From positions 64,750-128,749 of the forward strand of contig CAZPGE010000001.1 of the NCBI GenBank assembly GCA_964586255.1: a stretch of DNA of 64,000 nucleotides, written 5' to 3'. Origin of the DNA: an uncultured Candidatus Saccharibacteria bacterium (lineage in GTDB: Bacteria; Patescibacteriota; Minisyncoccia; Phycocordibacterales; UBA2100). Shown in pieces: positions 8,550 through 18,100 of the stretch. A model generated the notes under the pieces. The model searched no databases and was not told where the DNA came from. It worked only from the letters and a program-made list of their open reading frames with translations. Position numbers and translations under genes: made by a program. Position 1 is the first letter of the stretch; each line of letters begins with the position of its first letter.

Positions 8550-9628
8550 CGACCGCGCTCCTCGTGATAGGGATTTTAGTGCTGCTTATCGTCGCGCATG
8601 AATTCGGTCACTTCCTCGCCGCAAAAATATTTGGCGTGCGTGTACAAGAGTTTGGCGTCGGCTTTCCACCGCGCGCGTTTACGTTTGGTTTATGGGGAGG
8701 GACTGAATACACACTCAACTGGATTCCTTTCGGTGGCTTCGTAAAGCTTTTCGGAGAAGAGGAAGGGAGCGACCATGGCAAGGGAAGCTTCATCGATGCG
8801 CCGCGCTGGAAGCAGGCACTGATTCTTGTCGCGGGCGTTACGGCAAATATGGTCATCGCGTGGATGCTCTTTGCAGCTGCGTATTCTTTTGGCATTTTGC
8901 ATGTCGTCGACGACGAATCACTTCCTGGTGGGCGACTCCTTGTCACTGACGTGGTGCTTGGCTCTCCGGCCGATGCAGGAGGAATCAAGCCTGGCGATGA
9001 AGTCCTGAGCGTCGCGGATTCGGAAGGACTCAGTGCCACTCTTACCCCCGCTGGCATCATGAGTTTTGTGAGTGAGCGCGGTGGCGAGGACATCACTATT
9101 GAGTACGTGCACGGCACCGCCACATCAAGTGCCATCGTCCGACCGGCGCACGCAGTCATCGCAGAGTCTGCCGGCAGGCCAGCGATTGGTCTCGGGCTTG
9201 CGATTGTCACTTCTGAAGCGCTGCCGTTTAAAGAATCTCTCAAGGCCGCTGGTATGAGTACCTACAACACACTCCGTCTTTCCTTTGACGGGTTGTGGGA
9301 CATCGTAAAGAGTGCCCTTCGCGGAGCTCCCAATTTGCAAAATGTCACGGGCCCTATCGGCATCATTGGAGCGGTCGGCGAGGCTTCGCAAAACGGGTGG
9401 GGATACGTGTTGTCGCTCGCCGCATTTATCTCGGTGAATCTCGCAATCATCAACCTCATACCGATTCCGGCGCTCGATGGAGGGAGGCTCGTCATTGTGG
9501 GCATCGAGGCGCTCATGCGTCGAGACGCGCCAAAACTCGCGATGCAAGTACTCAATGCGCTCGGCATTGCACTCATCATCATCTTGATGATTACGGTGAC
9601 GTATCAGGATATCCTGAGACTGTTATAA
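8546..9628 (+). CDS. rseP: RIP metalloprotease RseP (site-2 protease, M50 family, with PDZ domain)
   Basis: HEFGHF (HExxH) sits in the first TM helix. A PDZ-like region follows, and the C-terminal NLIPIPALDGGR motif is present. Confidence 0.8.
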   Translation: MTTALLVIGILVLLIVAHEFGHFLAAKIFGVRVQEFGVGFPPRAFTFGLWGGTEYTLNWIPFGGFVKLFGEEEGSDHGKGSFIDAPRWKQALILVAGVTANMVIAWMLFAAAYSFGILHVVDDESLPGGRLLVTDVVLGSPADAGGIKPGDEVLSVADSEGLSATLTPAGIMSFVSERGGEDITIEYVHGTATSSAIVRPAHAVIAESAGRPAIGLGLAIVTSEALPFKESLKAAGMSTYNTLRLSFDGLWDIVKSALRGAPNLQNVTGPIGIIGAVGEASQNGWGYVLSLAAFISVNLAIINLIPIPALDGGRLVIVGIEALMRRDAPKLAMQVLNALGIALIIILMITVTYQDILRLL

Positions 9629-9635
9629 AAATTAT

Positions 9636-9668
9636 ACCGGCGAGCGCACACGTGTCGCTCGCCGGCTT
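9636..9668 (+). terminator. Intrinsic terminator after rseP
   Basis: Hairpin ccggcgagcg-cacacgtgt-cgctcgccgg followed by cttcctt. Confidence 0.5.
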
Positions 9669-10001
9669 CCTTGGGTGCCGCTCTGCGGCGGCATCCCTCC
9701 CCCTACTTCTTGACCGAGCGAAGTTGGCAGCCCTCGAGCTGTTGTGACTTCTGCGGTGTCGCACAGTGCGCATCATGCGCACGCGGTGTTGCCATGGGCC
9801 CGGTCGTCGTGTGGGCGAAAGAACGTAGTGCAGGGCGCTTCTCGAGCGACCCTGGTTCATCAGACTTCATTGGATGTATCTCACCTCCTAAAACGAAGTT
9901 GCTGGGAGTGTATCGAGAATCATGTGGAGAGTCAAGTATCGAAATGAAAGCTCTGGCGTGTCAAGTGCCACTCCTCAGATATGCGTTAGAATGTGGCTCA
10001 C

Positions 10002-11249
10002 ATGCGGCAATCACAGCTCTTCACCAAGACACGAAAGACCGCTCCGAAGGATGAGGTCGCCAAGAATGCACAATTGCTCATCCGTGCCGGGTATATTCAT
10101 AAAGAAATGGCTGGCGTGTACTCATATCTGCCGCTCGGCATCCGTACGCTCCGGAAGATTGAGAACATCGTTCGCGACGAGATGAACGCAATAGGCGGTC
10201 AGGAGATTCAGATGGCCACGCTTCATCCAAGCGAAAATTGGAAGAAGACGGGAGGCTGGGATGGCGTCGACGTGCTTTTCAAAATCCAGAGTCGTACCGA
10301 GAAAGAGTACGCTCTGGGGCAGAGCGAGGAGGAGATTGTGACACCCATAGCGCAGGAATACGCCACATCATATCGAGATATCCCCGTCGCCATCTATCAG
10401 ATAGCGCAGAAGTACCGCGACGAATTGCGTGCAAAGAGCGGTATCATGCGCGGTCGCGAGTTCGGGATGAAAGATATGTACAGCTTCCACGAGACGCAGG
10501 AGGACTTCGAGAGATTTTACGAAAAAGCCAAGGAAGCGTACTTGAAGGTGTATGAGCGCTGCGGATTGGTTGCCAAAGTGACCGAAGCGTCCGGAGGCGC
10601 TTTCAGTGAAAAGTTGTCCTATGAGTTTATGGTGCTTACCGATGCGGGGGAAGACGACATCGTCTACTGCGCATCGTGCACACATTGTGCAAACATCGAA
10701 GTCTCAAAAGCGCAGGAGGGTGATACGTGCCCGAAGTGTGGCAAAAGCACGCTCGCCAAGGCCACGGCGGCGGAAGTGGGCAATGTGTTCGACCTCGGAC
10801 AGAAATACCCGAAGGCATTTGGATATACATTTAAAGATAAAGACGGCAATGACACGACTCCGATTATGGGGTGCTATGGAATCGGGACGACGAGGCTCAT
10901 GGGTACCATCGTCGAAGTCCTCTCCGATGAAAAGGGGATCGTGTGGCCCGCTTCTGTTGCGCCATTTGATGTGCATTTGATTTCTCTCACCGGCGGCAAC
11001 GAGGATATTATTGCGGAAGCTGACAAGCTCTACGAACTACTCCGCGAGCACGGTATCGATGTGCTCTACGACGACCGCGATGCACGAGCAGGTGAAAAGT
11101 TTGCTGACTCCGATCTTATTGGTATTCCTACGCGGCTCATCGTCTCGGAGAAGACTATCTCACAGGGTGGTGTTGAAGTAGTCGCGCGTGCAAGCGGCAC
11201 GACCACATTTGTGAGTGACAGCGCGATAATAGAGCAGCTTGCCAAGTAG
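10002..11249 (+). CDS. proS: proline--tRNA ligase, bacterial-type N-terminus but lacking the INS editing domain. A Cys4 zinc-ribbon-like insert sits where INS normally is.
   Basis: N-terminus MRQSQLFTKTRKTAPKDEV...YSYLPLG matches bacterial ProRS. At about 415 aa it is far shorter than the usual ~570 aa. The cysteine cluster CASCTHC...CPKCG lies between the class II motifs. Confidence 0.8.
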   Translation: MRQSQLFTKTRKTAPKDEVAKNAQLLIRAGYIHKEMAGVYSYLPLGIRTLRKIENIVRDEMNAIGGQEIQMATLHPSENWKKTGGWDGVDVLFKIQSRTEKEYALGQSEEEIVTPIAQEYATSYRDIPVAIYQIAQKYRDELRAKSGIMRGREFGMKDMYSFHETQEDFERFYEKAKEAYLKVYERCGLVAKVTEASGGAFSEKLSYEFMVLTDAGEDDIVYCASCTHCANIEVSKAQEGDTCPKCGKSTLAKATAAEVGNVFDLGQKYPKAFGYTFKDKDGNDTTPIMGCYGIGTTRLMGTIVEVLSDEKGIVWPASVAPFDVHLISLTGGNEDIIAEADKLYELLREHGIDVLYDDRDARAGEKFADSDLIGIPTRLIVSEKTISQGGVEVVARASGTTTFVSDSAIIEQLAK

Positions 11250-11251
11250 CT

Positions 11252-12334
11252 ATGAGTTCATTTGGGAAGCGGTTGCGCGGGTATAAAGAGAGGGTGCTCG
11301 GATTGTTTTCCAATGACATTGGCATCGACTTGGGTACCGCAAACACACTTGTGTACGTGAAAGGCCGCGGCATTGTCATCAACGAACCATCGATGGTAGC
11401 GATAAATACTAAGACAGGCCAGGTGGTAGCAGTGGGTCAGCAGGCAAAAGACATGATGGGTCGCACACCGGCACACATTCAGTCCGTACAGCCTGTCGTC
11501 GATGGCGTTATTTCGGACTTCGAGATTACCTCGGAGATGCTCTCGTATCTCATCAACAAGGCGCAAGCGGGACGCTCCAAACTACTCGGTCCGCGCGTAG
11601 CGGTCGGCGTCCCTTCAGGAATTACGTCCGTCGAAGTGCGTGCCGTGCGCGATGCTGCGCGTGCTGCGGGAGCACGGGAAGTGCATGTGATCGAAGAGCC
11701 CATGGCTGCCGCGATAGGTATAGAGCTTCCCGTCCATGAGCCGCAGGGCAGTATGGTGATTGATATCGGCGGCGGCACTACCGACATTGGCATCGTCTCG
11801 CTCGGAGGGCTCGTCAATGCGCGCAATGTCCGCATCGCCGGCGATAAATTCAATCAAGACATCGTGAGTCACATTCGCAACGAGTACAAAATGCTCATCG
11901 GAGAGAAAAGTGCCGAAGAGCTCAAGATTGCCATAGCAAGCATATCGCCCACGAGGCAGCACATGGAGGCGATAATTCGCGGTCGCGATTTGGTCACCGG
12001 ACTCCCGCGTGAAATCATGGTCACAGACCAAGATGTGCGAAATGCTATCGGGCACTCGATCGAGGAGCTCGTCGAGTCTGTAAAGGAAGTCTTGGAGACG
12101 ACGCCGCCTGAAATTCTTTCCGATGTGATTCGTCGCGGTATCTATCTTGCGGGCGGAGGCGCGCTCATTCGTGGTTTGCCAGAGTATCTTACACGCAATC
12201 TCGGCGTGCCCGTGATGGTGGCAAGCGATCCGCTAACGGCCGTGGTTCGAGGTACGTCGATAGTGCTCAACGACCTTGATTTGTATCGTGAATCAATGTT
12301 GCGCAGTGACGACGAGCTCGTTCCTACAGAATAA
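11252..12334 (+). CDS. mreB: rod shape-determining protein MreB (second copy, in the mreBCD operon)
   Basis: IGIDLGTANTLVYV and DIGGGTTD are present. It is followed by mreC and mreD. Confidence 0.85.
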   Translation: MSSFGKRLRGYKERVLGLFSNDIGIDLGTANTLVYVKGRGIVINEPSMVAINTKTGQVVAVGQQAKDMMGRTPAHIQSVQPVVDGVISDFEITSEMLSYLINKAQAGRSKLLGPRVAVGVPSGITSVEVRAVRDAARAAGAREVHVIEEPMAAAIGIELPVHEPQGSMVIDIGGGTTDIGIVSLGGLVNARNVRIAGDKFNQDIVSHIRNEYKMLIGEKSAEELKIAIASISPTRQHMEAIIRGRDLVTGLPREIMVTDQDVRNAIGHSIEELVESVKEVLETTPPEILSDVIRRGIYLAGGGALIRGLPEYLTRNLGVPVMVASDPLTAVVRGTSIVLNDLDLYRESMLRSDDELVPTE

Positions 12335-12336
12335 CC

Positions 12337-13128
12337 ATGGTATCGCAGTTTACATTTAACGCGCCGCACGGTCGAAGTGGCCGTAGAAAGCTTATCTATG
12401 CGACGCTTCTTGTACTTGTATTACTCATTCTAGATGGTATTTCGGGCGGCTCAGTACGCGCACTCATGCAGCGCTCGGTCTCGCGCGTATGGATGGCGAG
12501 TGCTCAGGTGAGAAGCGCGGTGTTTGGTACCGGATACTTCTCGACACATCGCTCGCTCGCGGCAGAAAATGCATCATTGCGCTCTCAGCTTGATAGAAGT
12601 GCGGAAGACGCAGCAGCGTACGAAGTGGCGCGTCAAGAAAACGAATTGCTTCGCGCGCTTTTGCACCTCGCACAGCAGGAAAAAGGCATCACCGCGCCCG
12701 TAGTCTCTTCCGTGCGATCTTCTCCGTATGGCACGTTTCTCGTGGGGGCTGGCGAGGGTGATGGAATCACGGTGGGGAGTCTCGTCGTCACTGAAGGTGG
12801 ATTTGTGGTGGGAAAAGTAAGCGAAGTGGGGCAGCGTACGACTCTGGTAACGGAGATTTTTGCGGGGGGTGCCGAGGTGGACGCGGGCGTGAACGGCGCT
12901 GTGGCGCCCGCGGAGGGTAGGGGTGGCGGCAATGCGCGCGTGATGATGCCGCGCGGCATAGAGATCAACGTGGGGGATGTGGTGACCGCCCCGCAGCTTG
13001 GCGGTCGACCCATCGGGCTCGTGGGACACCTTGAGTCAGACACCTCAAGCGCTGAACAGACCGTGTTCGTGAGCCTGCCCGTGAACCTCTCTTCGCTCAG
13101 ATACATCTACATCGTGCCTATTCAGTAA
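12337..13128 (+). CDS. mreC: rod shape-determining protein MreC
   Basis: N-terminal TM, a coiled-coil region with LRSQL/ENELLR, and a C-terminal beta domain. Located downstream of mreB. Confidence 0.7.
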   Translation: MVSQFTFNAPHGRSGRRKLIYATLLVLVLLILDGISGGSVRALMQRSVSRVWMASAQVRSAVFGTGYFSTHRSLAAENASLRSQLDRSAEDAAAYEVARQENELLRALLHLAQQEKGITAPVVSSVRSSPYGTFLVGAGEGDGITVGSLVVTEGGFVVGKVSEVGQRTTLVTEIFAGGAEVDAGVNGAVAPAEGRGGGNARVMMPRGIEINVGDVVTAPQLGGRPIGLVGHLESDTSSAEQTVFVSLPVNLSSLRYIYIVPIQ

Positions 13129-13135
13129 TCGCCGT

Positions 13136-13381
13136 ATGCGGATCGCTATTGCCAGTGTCGGGTTTCTCAGCGCCATTCTCGGAGTCCCGTGGCTCACGGC
13201 ACTGTGCATTGTGGCGCTTGCCCTCCGGTACCGGTCATGGGAGGCGATACTTCTCGGTCTTTGCGTAGATTTCCTATGGCTCCCTCTTGGACTTTCTGTA
13301 TACACGCTTCCGTACTTTACGATTGGAGCACTTTTTGTCGTATGGGTATTTGAGCCTCTTCGCATGCAGTTTTTGAGGTAG
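13136..13381 (+). CDS. mreD: rod shape-determining protein MreD (short)
   Basis: Small polytopic membrane protein between mreC and PBP2. Assignment is mainly by position. Confidence 0.5.
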   Translation: MRIAIASVGFLSAILGVPWLTALCIVALALRYRSWEAILLGLCVDFLWLPLGLSVYTLPYFTIGALFVVWVFEPLRMQFLR

Positions 13382-13406
13382 TGGCGCATCGGTATATAGT
13401 GAGACG

Positions 13407-15131
13407 ATGATGTTTCGCAGGCAAAGACGACTCCGCAGAATTCGCGAGATAGCACCAGAGGACATCTTTCTCGATTCAAGTAATCTGCCCGAACTCAGCT
13501 CGAGTCAATTCGAAGGGCGCGTAGAAAAGCCAGTCGCCGTGAAGGCAATATTTGCCGTAGGGGTATGCTTTGCGCTCGTTGTCGCGGGTTTCGGATACCG
13601 CGCGTATTCGCTCCAGGTCTCAAGCGGTGAGAAATACGCGAAAATATCAAAAGAGAACACCCTCGACCGCTCACTCATCTTCGCGACACGCGGTGTGATG
13701 TACGACAGAAGAGGGGAGGAGCTTGCATGGAATGAGGCGCAGAGCGCTTCCTCGACGCTCGGTGAGGTGGCATCGAGTAGTGACACGTACGCGCTTCGCA
13801 TGTACAGCCCGCTGGCTGGCCTCTCACACGTGGTCGGATTTTTACAGTATCCGAAAGCTGATGCAAAGGGTAAGTGGTGGAGAGAAGAATATGCGGGAGT
13901 GTCGGGTATGGAGCTATCTTTTGACGAACTTCTTGCGGGCCAGAATGGTAGCGCCATCATTGAGACGAATGCGCTTGGTGAGATAGAGCGCGAGAACATT
14001 GTTGTGCCCCCGCAAAACGGTGCCGATCTGAGGCTCGCAATCGATGCAGAGCTTCAGAGCAAGCTCTACTCGCAGCTCGCGGCGCATGCGAGTACACACG
14101 GGTTTAAGGGAGGTGCCGCAGTAATTATGGATGTTCACACTGGTGAATTGCTCGCGCTTACTTCGTTTCCGGAATACGACCACTCCGCTTTTGTCGCGGG
14201 GGACAACGAAGCGGTACGCGCCGCCTCGAGCGACTCCCGCACGCCACTTCTCAACCGTGCTGTATCAGGTCTTTACACGCCGGGGTCTATTGTGAAGCCG
14301 ATGTTTGCGGCAGCCGCACTGCAAGAGGGAATTATCAGCCCTGAGAAGCAAATTCTCTCGACAGGCGCGCTCGTGCTTCCCAATCCATACAACCCCGATG
14401 CGCCATCGATATTCCGCGACTGGACCGTCCACGGTCTCGTCGACATGCGCACCGCTATCGCGGTCTCATCGGACGAGTATTTCTACGTGATAGGCGGAGG
14501 ATTTGGCTCACAAAAGGGTCTCGGTATCTACAAGATTGATGAGTATGCGAAACGCTTTGGGCTAGCGAGCGCTACGGGCATTGATTTAATGGGAGACAGA
14601 GAGGGCATTATCCCGACACCAGAGTGGAAAGCGGAAGTTTTCGGACCAGACGATCCGTGGCGCATCGGCAATACGTATCACACATCCATCGGACAGTACG
14701 GATTTCAGATATCCCCGCTGCATGCGGTACGCTTTACCGCTGCGATAGCCAACGGCGGCAAGCTTCTCAAGCCACAACTCCTCGCGAGCTCCACGCCAGA
14801 GTACACAGACATTGGTATACAAGACCAGTATCTTCAGGTCGCGAGAGAGGGGATGCGTCTCGCTGTCACGTCGACGCGTAAAGATGCGACAGTTAAATCA
14901 CTCAATATTGCGGGCATACAGATTGCCGCAAAGACAGGTACCGCACAGCTCGGCGCGCGCAACGAGGCCATGAACTCGTGGTCGGTAGGCTTTTGGCCAG
15001 CCGACGAGCCCAAGTACGCGTATGCGGTGGTCCTTGAGCGCGCCCCCGCAGGGACGCTCGCGGGCGCTTCGCCGGCCATGGCACCCTTTTTCCACTGGCT
15101 CGTAGCGAATCGACCCGAGTACGTACGATAG
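13407..15131 (+). CDS. mrdA: penicillin-binding protein 2 (peptidoglycan D,D-transpeptidase, elongasome)
   Basis: PBP dimer plus transpeptidase architecture. It is the last gene of the mreBCD-pbp2 operon. Confidence 0.75.
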   Translation: MMFRRQRRLRRIREIAPEDIFLDSSNLPELSSSQFEGRVEKPVAVKAIFAVGVCFALVVAGFGYRAYSLQVSSGEKYAKISKENTLDRSLIFATRGVMYDRRGEELAWNEAQSASSTLGEVASSSDTYALRMYSPLAGLSHVVGFLQYPKADAKGKWWREEYAGVSGMELSFDELLAGQNGSAIIETNALGEIERENIVVPPQNGADLRLAIDAELQSKLYSQLAAHASTHGFKGGAAVIMDVHTGELLALTSFPEYDHSAFVAGDNEAVRAASSDSRTPLLNRAVSGLYTPGSIVKPMFAAAALQEGIISPEKQILSTGALVLPNPYNPDAPSIFRDWTVHGLVDMRTAIAVSSDEYFYVIGGGFGSQKGLGIYKIDEYAKRFGLASATGIDLMGDREGIIPTPEWKAEVFGPDDPWRIGNTYHTSIGQYGFQISPLHAVRFTAAIANGGKLLKPQLLASSTPEYTDIGIQDQYLQVAREGMRLAVTSTRKDATVKSLNIAGIQIAAKTGTAQLGARNEAMNSWSVGFWPADEPKYAYAVVLERAPAGTLAGASPAMAPFFHWLVANRPEYVR

Positions 15132-15227
15132 GGCCAAGAGTTATTCGACTTGGCAATTCCTGCCCCTCCTGTACAATGCGTCCACCGCGCCCACAAAAAG
15201 GCGCGTTTCCTAGATAGAATTCACCAT

Positions 15228-15698
15228 ATGATGACTGAAGAAGCCAATTACCTCAGCAAAGAGAAGTTTGATGAACTCACGACAGAGCTTGAGCACCTCA
15301 AGACGGTCCGCCGCCGCGAAATCGCGGAGCAGCTCGAATACGCTCGTTCGCTCGGTGATTTGTCCGAAAACGCGGAGTACGAAGAGGCTCGCAACATGCA
15401 GGCTGCTACCGAAGACCGCATCCGCACGATAGAGGAGCAGCTCTCGCACGCGCGCATCATCGAGCACACAAAAGGGAGCACTGTATCACTCGGAAGCGTC
15501 GTCACCATACAGAAGCAGGGAGAGAAGGAAGAGCACACATACGAAATCGTCGGCTCTGCAGAGGCCAACATGCAGGAACACAAAATCTCGCACCTCTCGC
15601 CTATGGGCTCAGCGCTCATGGAAAAGAAAAAAGGTGATACTTTTTCTTTCGAGACACCAAAAGGTCTCCAGAAGTACAAAATCATCAACGTCAAATAA
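15228..15698 (+). CDS. greA: transcription elongation factor GreA
   Basis: Sequence LTTELEHLKTVRRREIAEQLEYARSLGDLSENAEYEEA matches GreA, including the conserved acidic DLSEN and AEYE-like motifs. Confidence 0.85.
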   Translation: MMTEEANYLSKEKFDELTTELEHLKTVRRREIAEQLEYARSLGDLSENAEYEEARNMQAATEDRIRTIEEQLSHARIIEHTKGSTVSLGSVVTIQKQGEKEEHTYEIVGSAEANMQEHKISHLSPMGSALMEKKKGDTFSFETPKGLQKYKIINVK

Positions 15699-15702
15699 TC
15701 AA

Positions 15703-15732
15703 AACCGCCCCGGAGGGGCGGTTTTGATTTTG
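15703..15732 (+). terminator. Intrinsic terminator after greA
   Basis: aaaaccgccccggaggggcggttttgatttt. Confidence 0.7.
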
Positions 15733-15770
15733 GACTCCGCTGACGCAATGGTATATTCTGTGACGTTCAC

Positions 15771-15844
15771 GGGCCTTTAGTTCAGTGGTAAAACGCCGCA
15801 TTCGCATTGCGGAGGCGGGGGTTCGATTCCCCCAAGGTCCACCA
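15771..15844 (+). tRNA. tRNA-Ala(CGC), CCA encoded
   Basis: Acceptor stem GGGCCUU/AAGGUCC has a G3:U70 pair (Ala identity). Anticodon loop is UU-CGC-AU and the T-loop is UUCGAUU. Confidence 0.75.
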
Positions 15845-15845
15845 G

Positions 15846-17102
15846 ATGTACGACACTATTATAGTCGGGGCGGGAGCTGCGGGACTGATGGCAGCGAGAG
15901 AGCTGTCTAGGACGGGTAAGCGCGTACTTATACTTGAGGCGCGCGACCGTGTTGGCGGAAGAATCTATCCGCTCTCAGAAAAAGAGTTCGGATATGAGGC
16001 TATGGGTGGCGCGGAATTCGTGCATGGGCCGGCGCCCGTAACATCGGCACTCATTGAGGAAGCGGGGCTCACTATGCAACATCCTACGGAATGGTGGAGC
16101 GTACTCGACGGTGAACCGACGATTTCGGAACGACCGTCCGTTCACAAGGCTCCGCTTGAAGAGAGACTGAAGGCATTGACGATAGACATGACAGTCATGC
16201 GGTTCCTCGACATGTACTTTCCGTCTCCTGAGCATGACGACCTGCGGGAATTTATGCTCCAGTGGGTCGAGGGTTACGATGCGGGTGATCCCGAAAAATC
16301 GAGTGCATTTGCAGTACGGGACGAGCTTCTGCTTGCAGGCCAGTGGCAGCAACGAAACCTGCGAGAGGGATACGGGGCACTCATCGCGTTTCTTGAAAAA
16401 GATATACGAGCACATTCCTGCGAGATACTTCTGCAAAATGAAGTCAAACATATAGATTTTTCCGGTAATCGCGTGCGCGCGCTTACCAGTGCCGGGGAAT
16501 ATGAAGCAGATCGTGTAGTCGTGACCGTACCACTGCCTCTCATTGCGCGAATCTCTTTCAATCCCCCAATCCCAATGAAAATCGAGGCCGCGGCGAAAAT
16601 AGGTTTCGGGTCGGTCATCAAGATACTTTTACGCTTTCGTTCGAAGTGGTGGGGCGGCGTCCGTGAGAAAAAATTTGAGAATCTATTTTTTCTGTTTTCA
16701 AGAGAAGAGATACCTACGTGGTGGACTCAGTATCCCGAGCCGCATACGACACTTACCGGTTGGGTGGCCGGTCCGCGCGCGCGCCGCTTACGCGCTAAGA
16801 CGAAAGAAGAACTTGAAACGCTCGCCCTCGGTTCGCTCTCAAACATATTTGGAGTTTCTACGGAATTTCTCCGGCGCGAACTCATAACCTGCAAAGCAAT
16901 CGACTGGGACAACGATGTGCTTGCACTCGGTGCATACAGCTACGCCACGCCGGATACGCCGGAGGCTTTGAGAGAATTGGCTAATCCGGAATCGGGCAAA
17001 GTTTTCTTCGCGGGAGAGGCGGTGGCGACCAGCGAAGGTCAGGCTACTGTCGAGGGAGCGTTTGCAAGCGGTAGGGACGTCGCGCGTTCAATTAATTCAT
17101 GA
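15846..17102 (+). CDS. FAD-dependent amine oxidase family oxidoreductase
   Basis: N-terminal dinucleotide-binding motif IIVGAGAAGLMAARELS...VLILEARDRVGGRI, typical of flavin amine oxidases. The ATG starts 2 nt after the tRNA-Ala 3' end. Confidence 0.65.
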   Translation: MYDTIIVGAGAAGLMAARELSRTGKRVLILEARDRVGGRIYPLSEKEFGYEAMGGAEFVHGPAPVTSALIEEAGLTMQHPTEWWSVLDGEPTISERPSVHKAPLEERLKALTIDMTVMRFLDMYFPSPEHDDLREFMLQWVEGYDAGDPEKSSAFAVRDELLLAGQWQQRNLREGYGALIAFLEKDIRAHSCEILLQNEVKHIDFSGNRVRALTSAGEYEADRVVVTVPLPLIARISFNPPIPMKIEAAAKIGFGSVIKILLRFRSKWWGGVREKKFENLFFLFSREEIPTWWTQYPEPHTTLTGWVAGPRARRLRAKTKEELETLALGSLSNIFGVSTEFLRRELITCKAIDWDNDVLALGAYSYATPDTPEALRELANPESGKVFFAGEAVATSEGQATVEGAFASGRDVARSINS

Positions 17103-17562
17103 GCCAGATAGTGCCGTTGAGAATTGCGGCAAACGCTATCCACACGGCGTAGGGCACGAGGAGCCACGCTGCCGTGCGGTCGATGTCGCGAGCGCCCACG
17201 ATAAGCATCACGACGCACCAGAAGAGGAAAAGTATTTCCACAAACGCGATAAAAAGCGCGTGAAATCCAAAGAAGAATATTGACCACGCGGCATTGAGCA
17301 GTAAGTGGCAGAAAAAGAGGGGAACCCAGCCGCGCATCTCGCTCGCATGCGGGTCTTTTTCCCAGACGATGTAAAGCGCGCTCGCCATAAGGCCATAGAG
17401 CACAAACCACACCGGAGCAAAAACCCAATCAGGCGGTGTGAAAAAAGGCTTCTCGAGTGTGGCGTACCACGTGCGCACGCCGTCTTGAACAAAAATAGAA
17501 CCAAGAAAACCGGCACCGTAGGAGGCGAGGATGGAAACACCGAGGTGTACCCATGAGCGCAT
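17092..17562 (-). CDS. tspO: TspO/MBR family tryptophan-rich sensory protein
   Basis: WYATLEKPFFTPPDWVFAPVWFVLYGLMA matches the TspO signature. Five TM helices. TATACT lies just upstream of the ATG, so the mRNA may be leaderless. Confidence 0.75.
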   Translation of the reverse strand: MRSWVHLGVSILASYGAGFLGSIFVQDGVRTWYATLEKPFFTPPDWVFAPVWFVLYGLMASALYIVWEKDPHASEMRGWVPLFFCHLLLNAAWSIFFFGFHALFIAFVEILFLFWCVVMLIVGARDIDRTAAWLLVPYAVWIAFAAILNGTIWLMN

Positions 17563-17652
17563 ATTCACAGTATAGCGCCCCACTGATGGAGTGTGTCAAG
17601 CGAGCGTGTCTAACTTGAGAATAGGTTTCATTTGCGCCATAATCTCGTTCAC

Positions 17653-17726
17653 GCACCCTTAGCTCAGTTGGTTAGAGCGTTCGATTCACATTCGAAAGGT
17701 CTCAGGTTCGAATCCTGAAGGGTGCA
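17653..17726 (+). tRNA. tRNA-Val(CAC), CCA not encoded
   Basis: Cloverleaf GCACCCU...AGGGUGC-A with anticodon loop UU-CAC-AU. Confidence 0.75.
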
Positions 17727-17898
17727 CAGCGACGAACGAGTGCGCCCTGCGGCGCAATCGCTCGCGCTGTGCAAGGCGGAGCGATGTCTCACGAGCTTGT
17801 GAGACCGCGAGCCGGGGTCGCGGAATTTCCGAGTGACGACGAGGAAATATTCGTGACCACAAGTTATGCAATAAGATGTCCGGAGTGATGTTTTTGGT

Positions 17899-17972
17899 CG
17901 GGCCGTAGTATACCGGTAGTACGTACGATTCGGGTTCGTGAAGACCGGGTTCGATTCCCGGCGGCCCGACCA
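17899..17972 (+). tRNA. tRNA-Pro(CGG), CCA encoded
   Basis: Cloverleaf CGGGCCG...CGGCCCG-A-CCA with anticodon loop UU-CGG-GU and a 4-nt variable loop. Confidence 0.75.
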
Positions 17973-17993
17973 AGAACATCACGCATGAGGTAG

Positions 17994-18064
17994 CGGGCCG
18001 TAGTATACCGGTAGTACGCATGGCTGGGGGTCATGTAGACCGGGTTCGATCCCCGGCGGCCCGA
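17994..18064 (+). tRNA. tRNA-Pro(GGG), CCA not encoded
   Basis: Same acceptor and D arm as the neighbouring tRNA-Pro. Anticodon loop CU-GGG-GG. Confidence 0.7.
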
Positions 18065-18100
18065 AAGAAAATGGTGAACCAGAACTGCTATAATCGCGGC

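Noticed and set aside
17686-18021. 111-aa minus-strand ORF with GIEPG and PGIEPG motifs
   Set aside because: It is the reverse-frame read-through of the Val/Pro/Pro tRNA genes (T-arm sequences translate as GIEPG). Not a protein.
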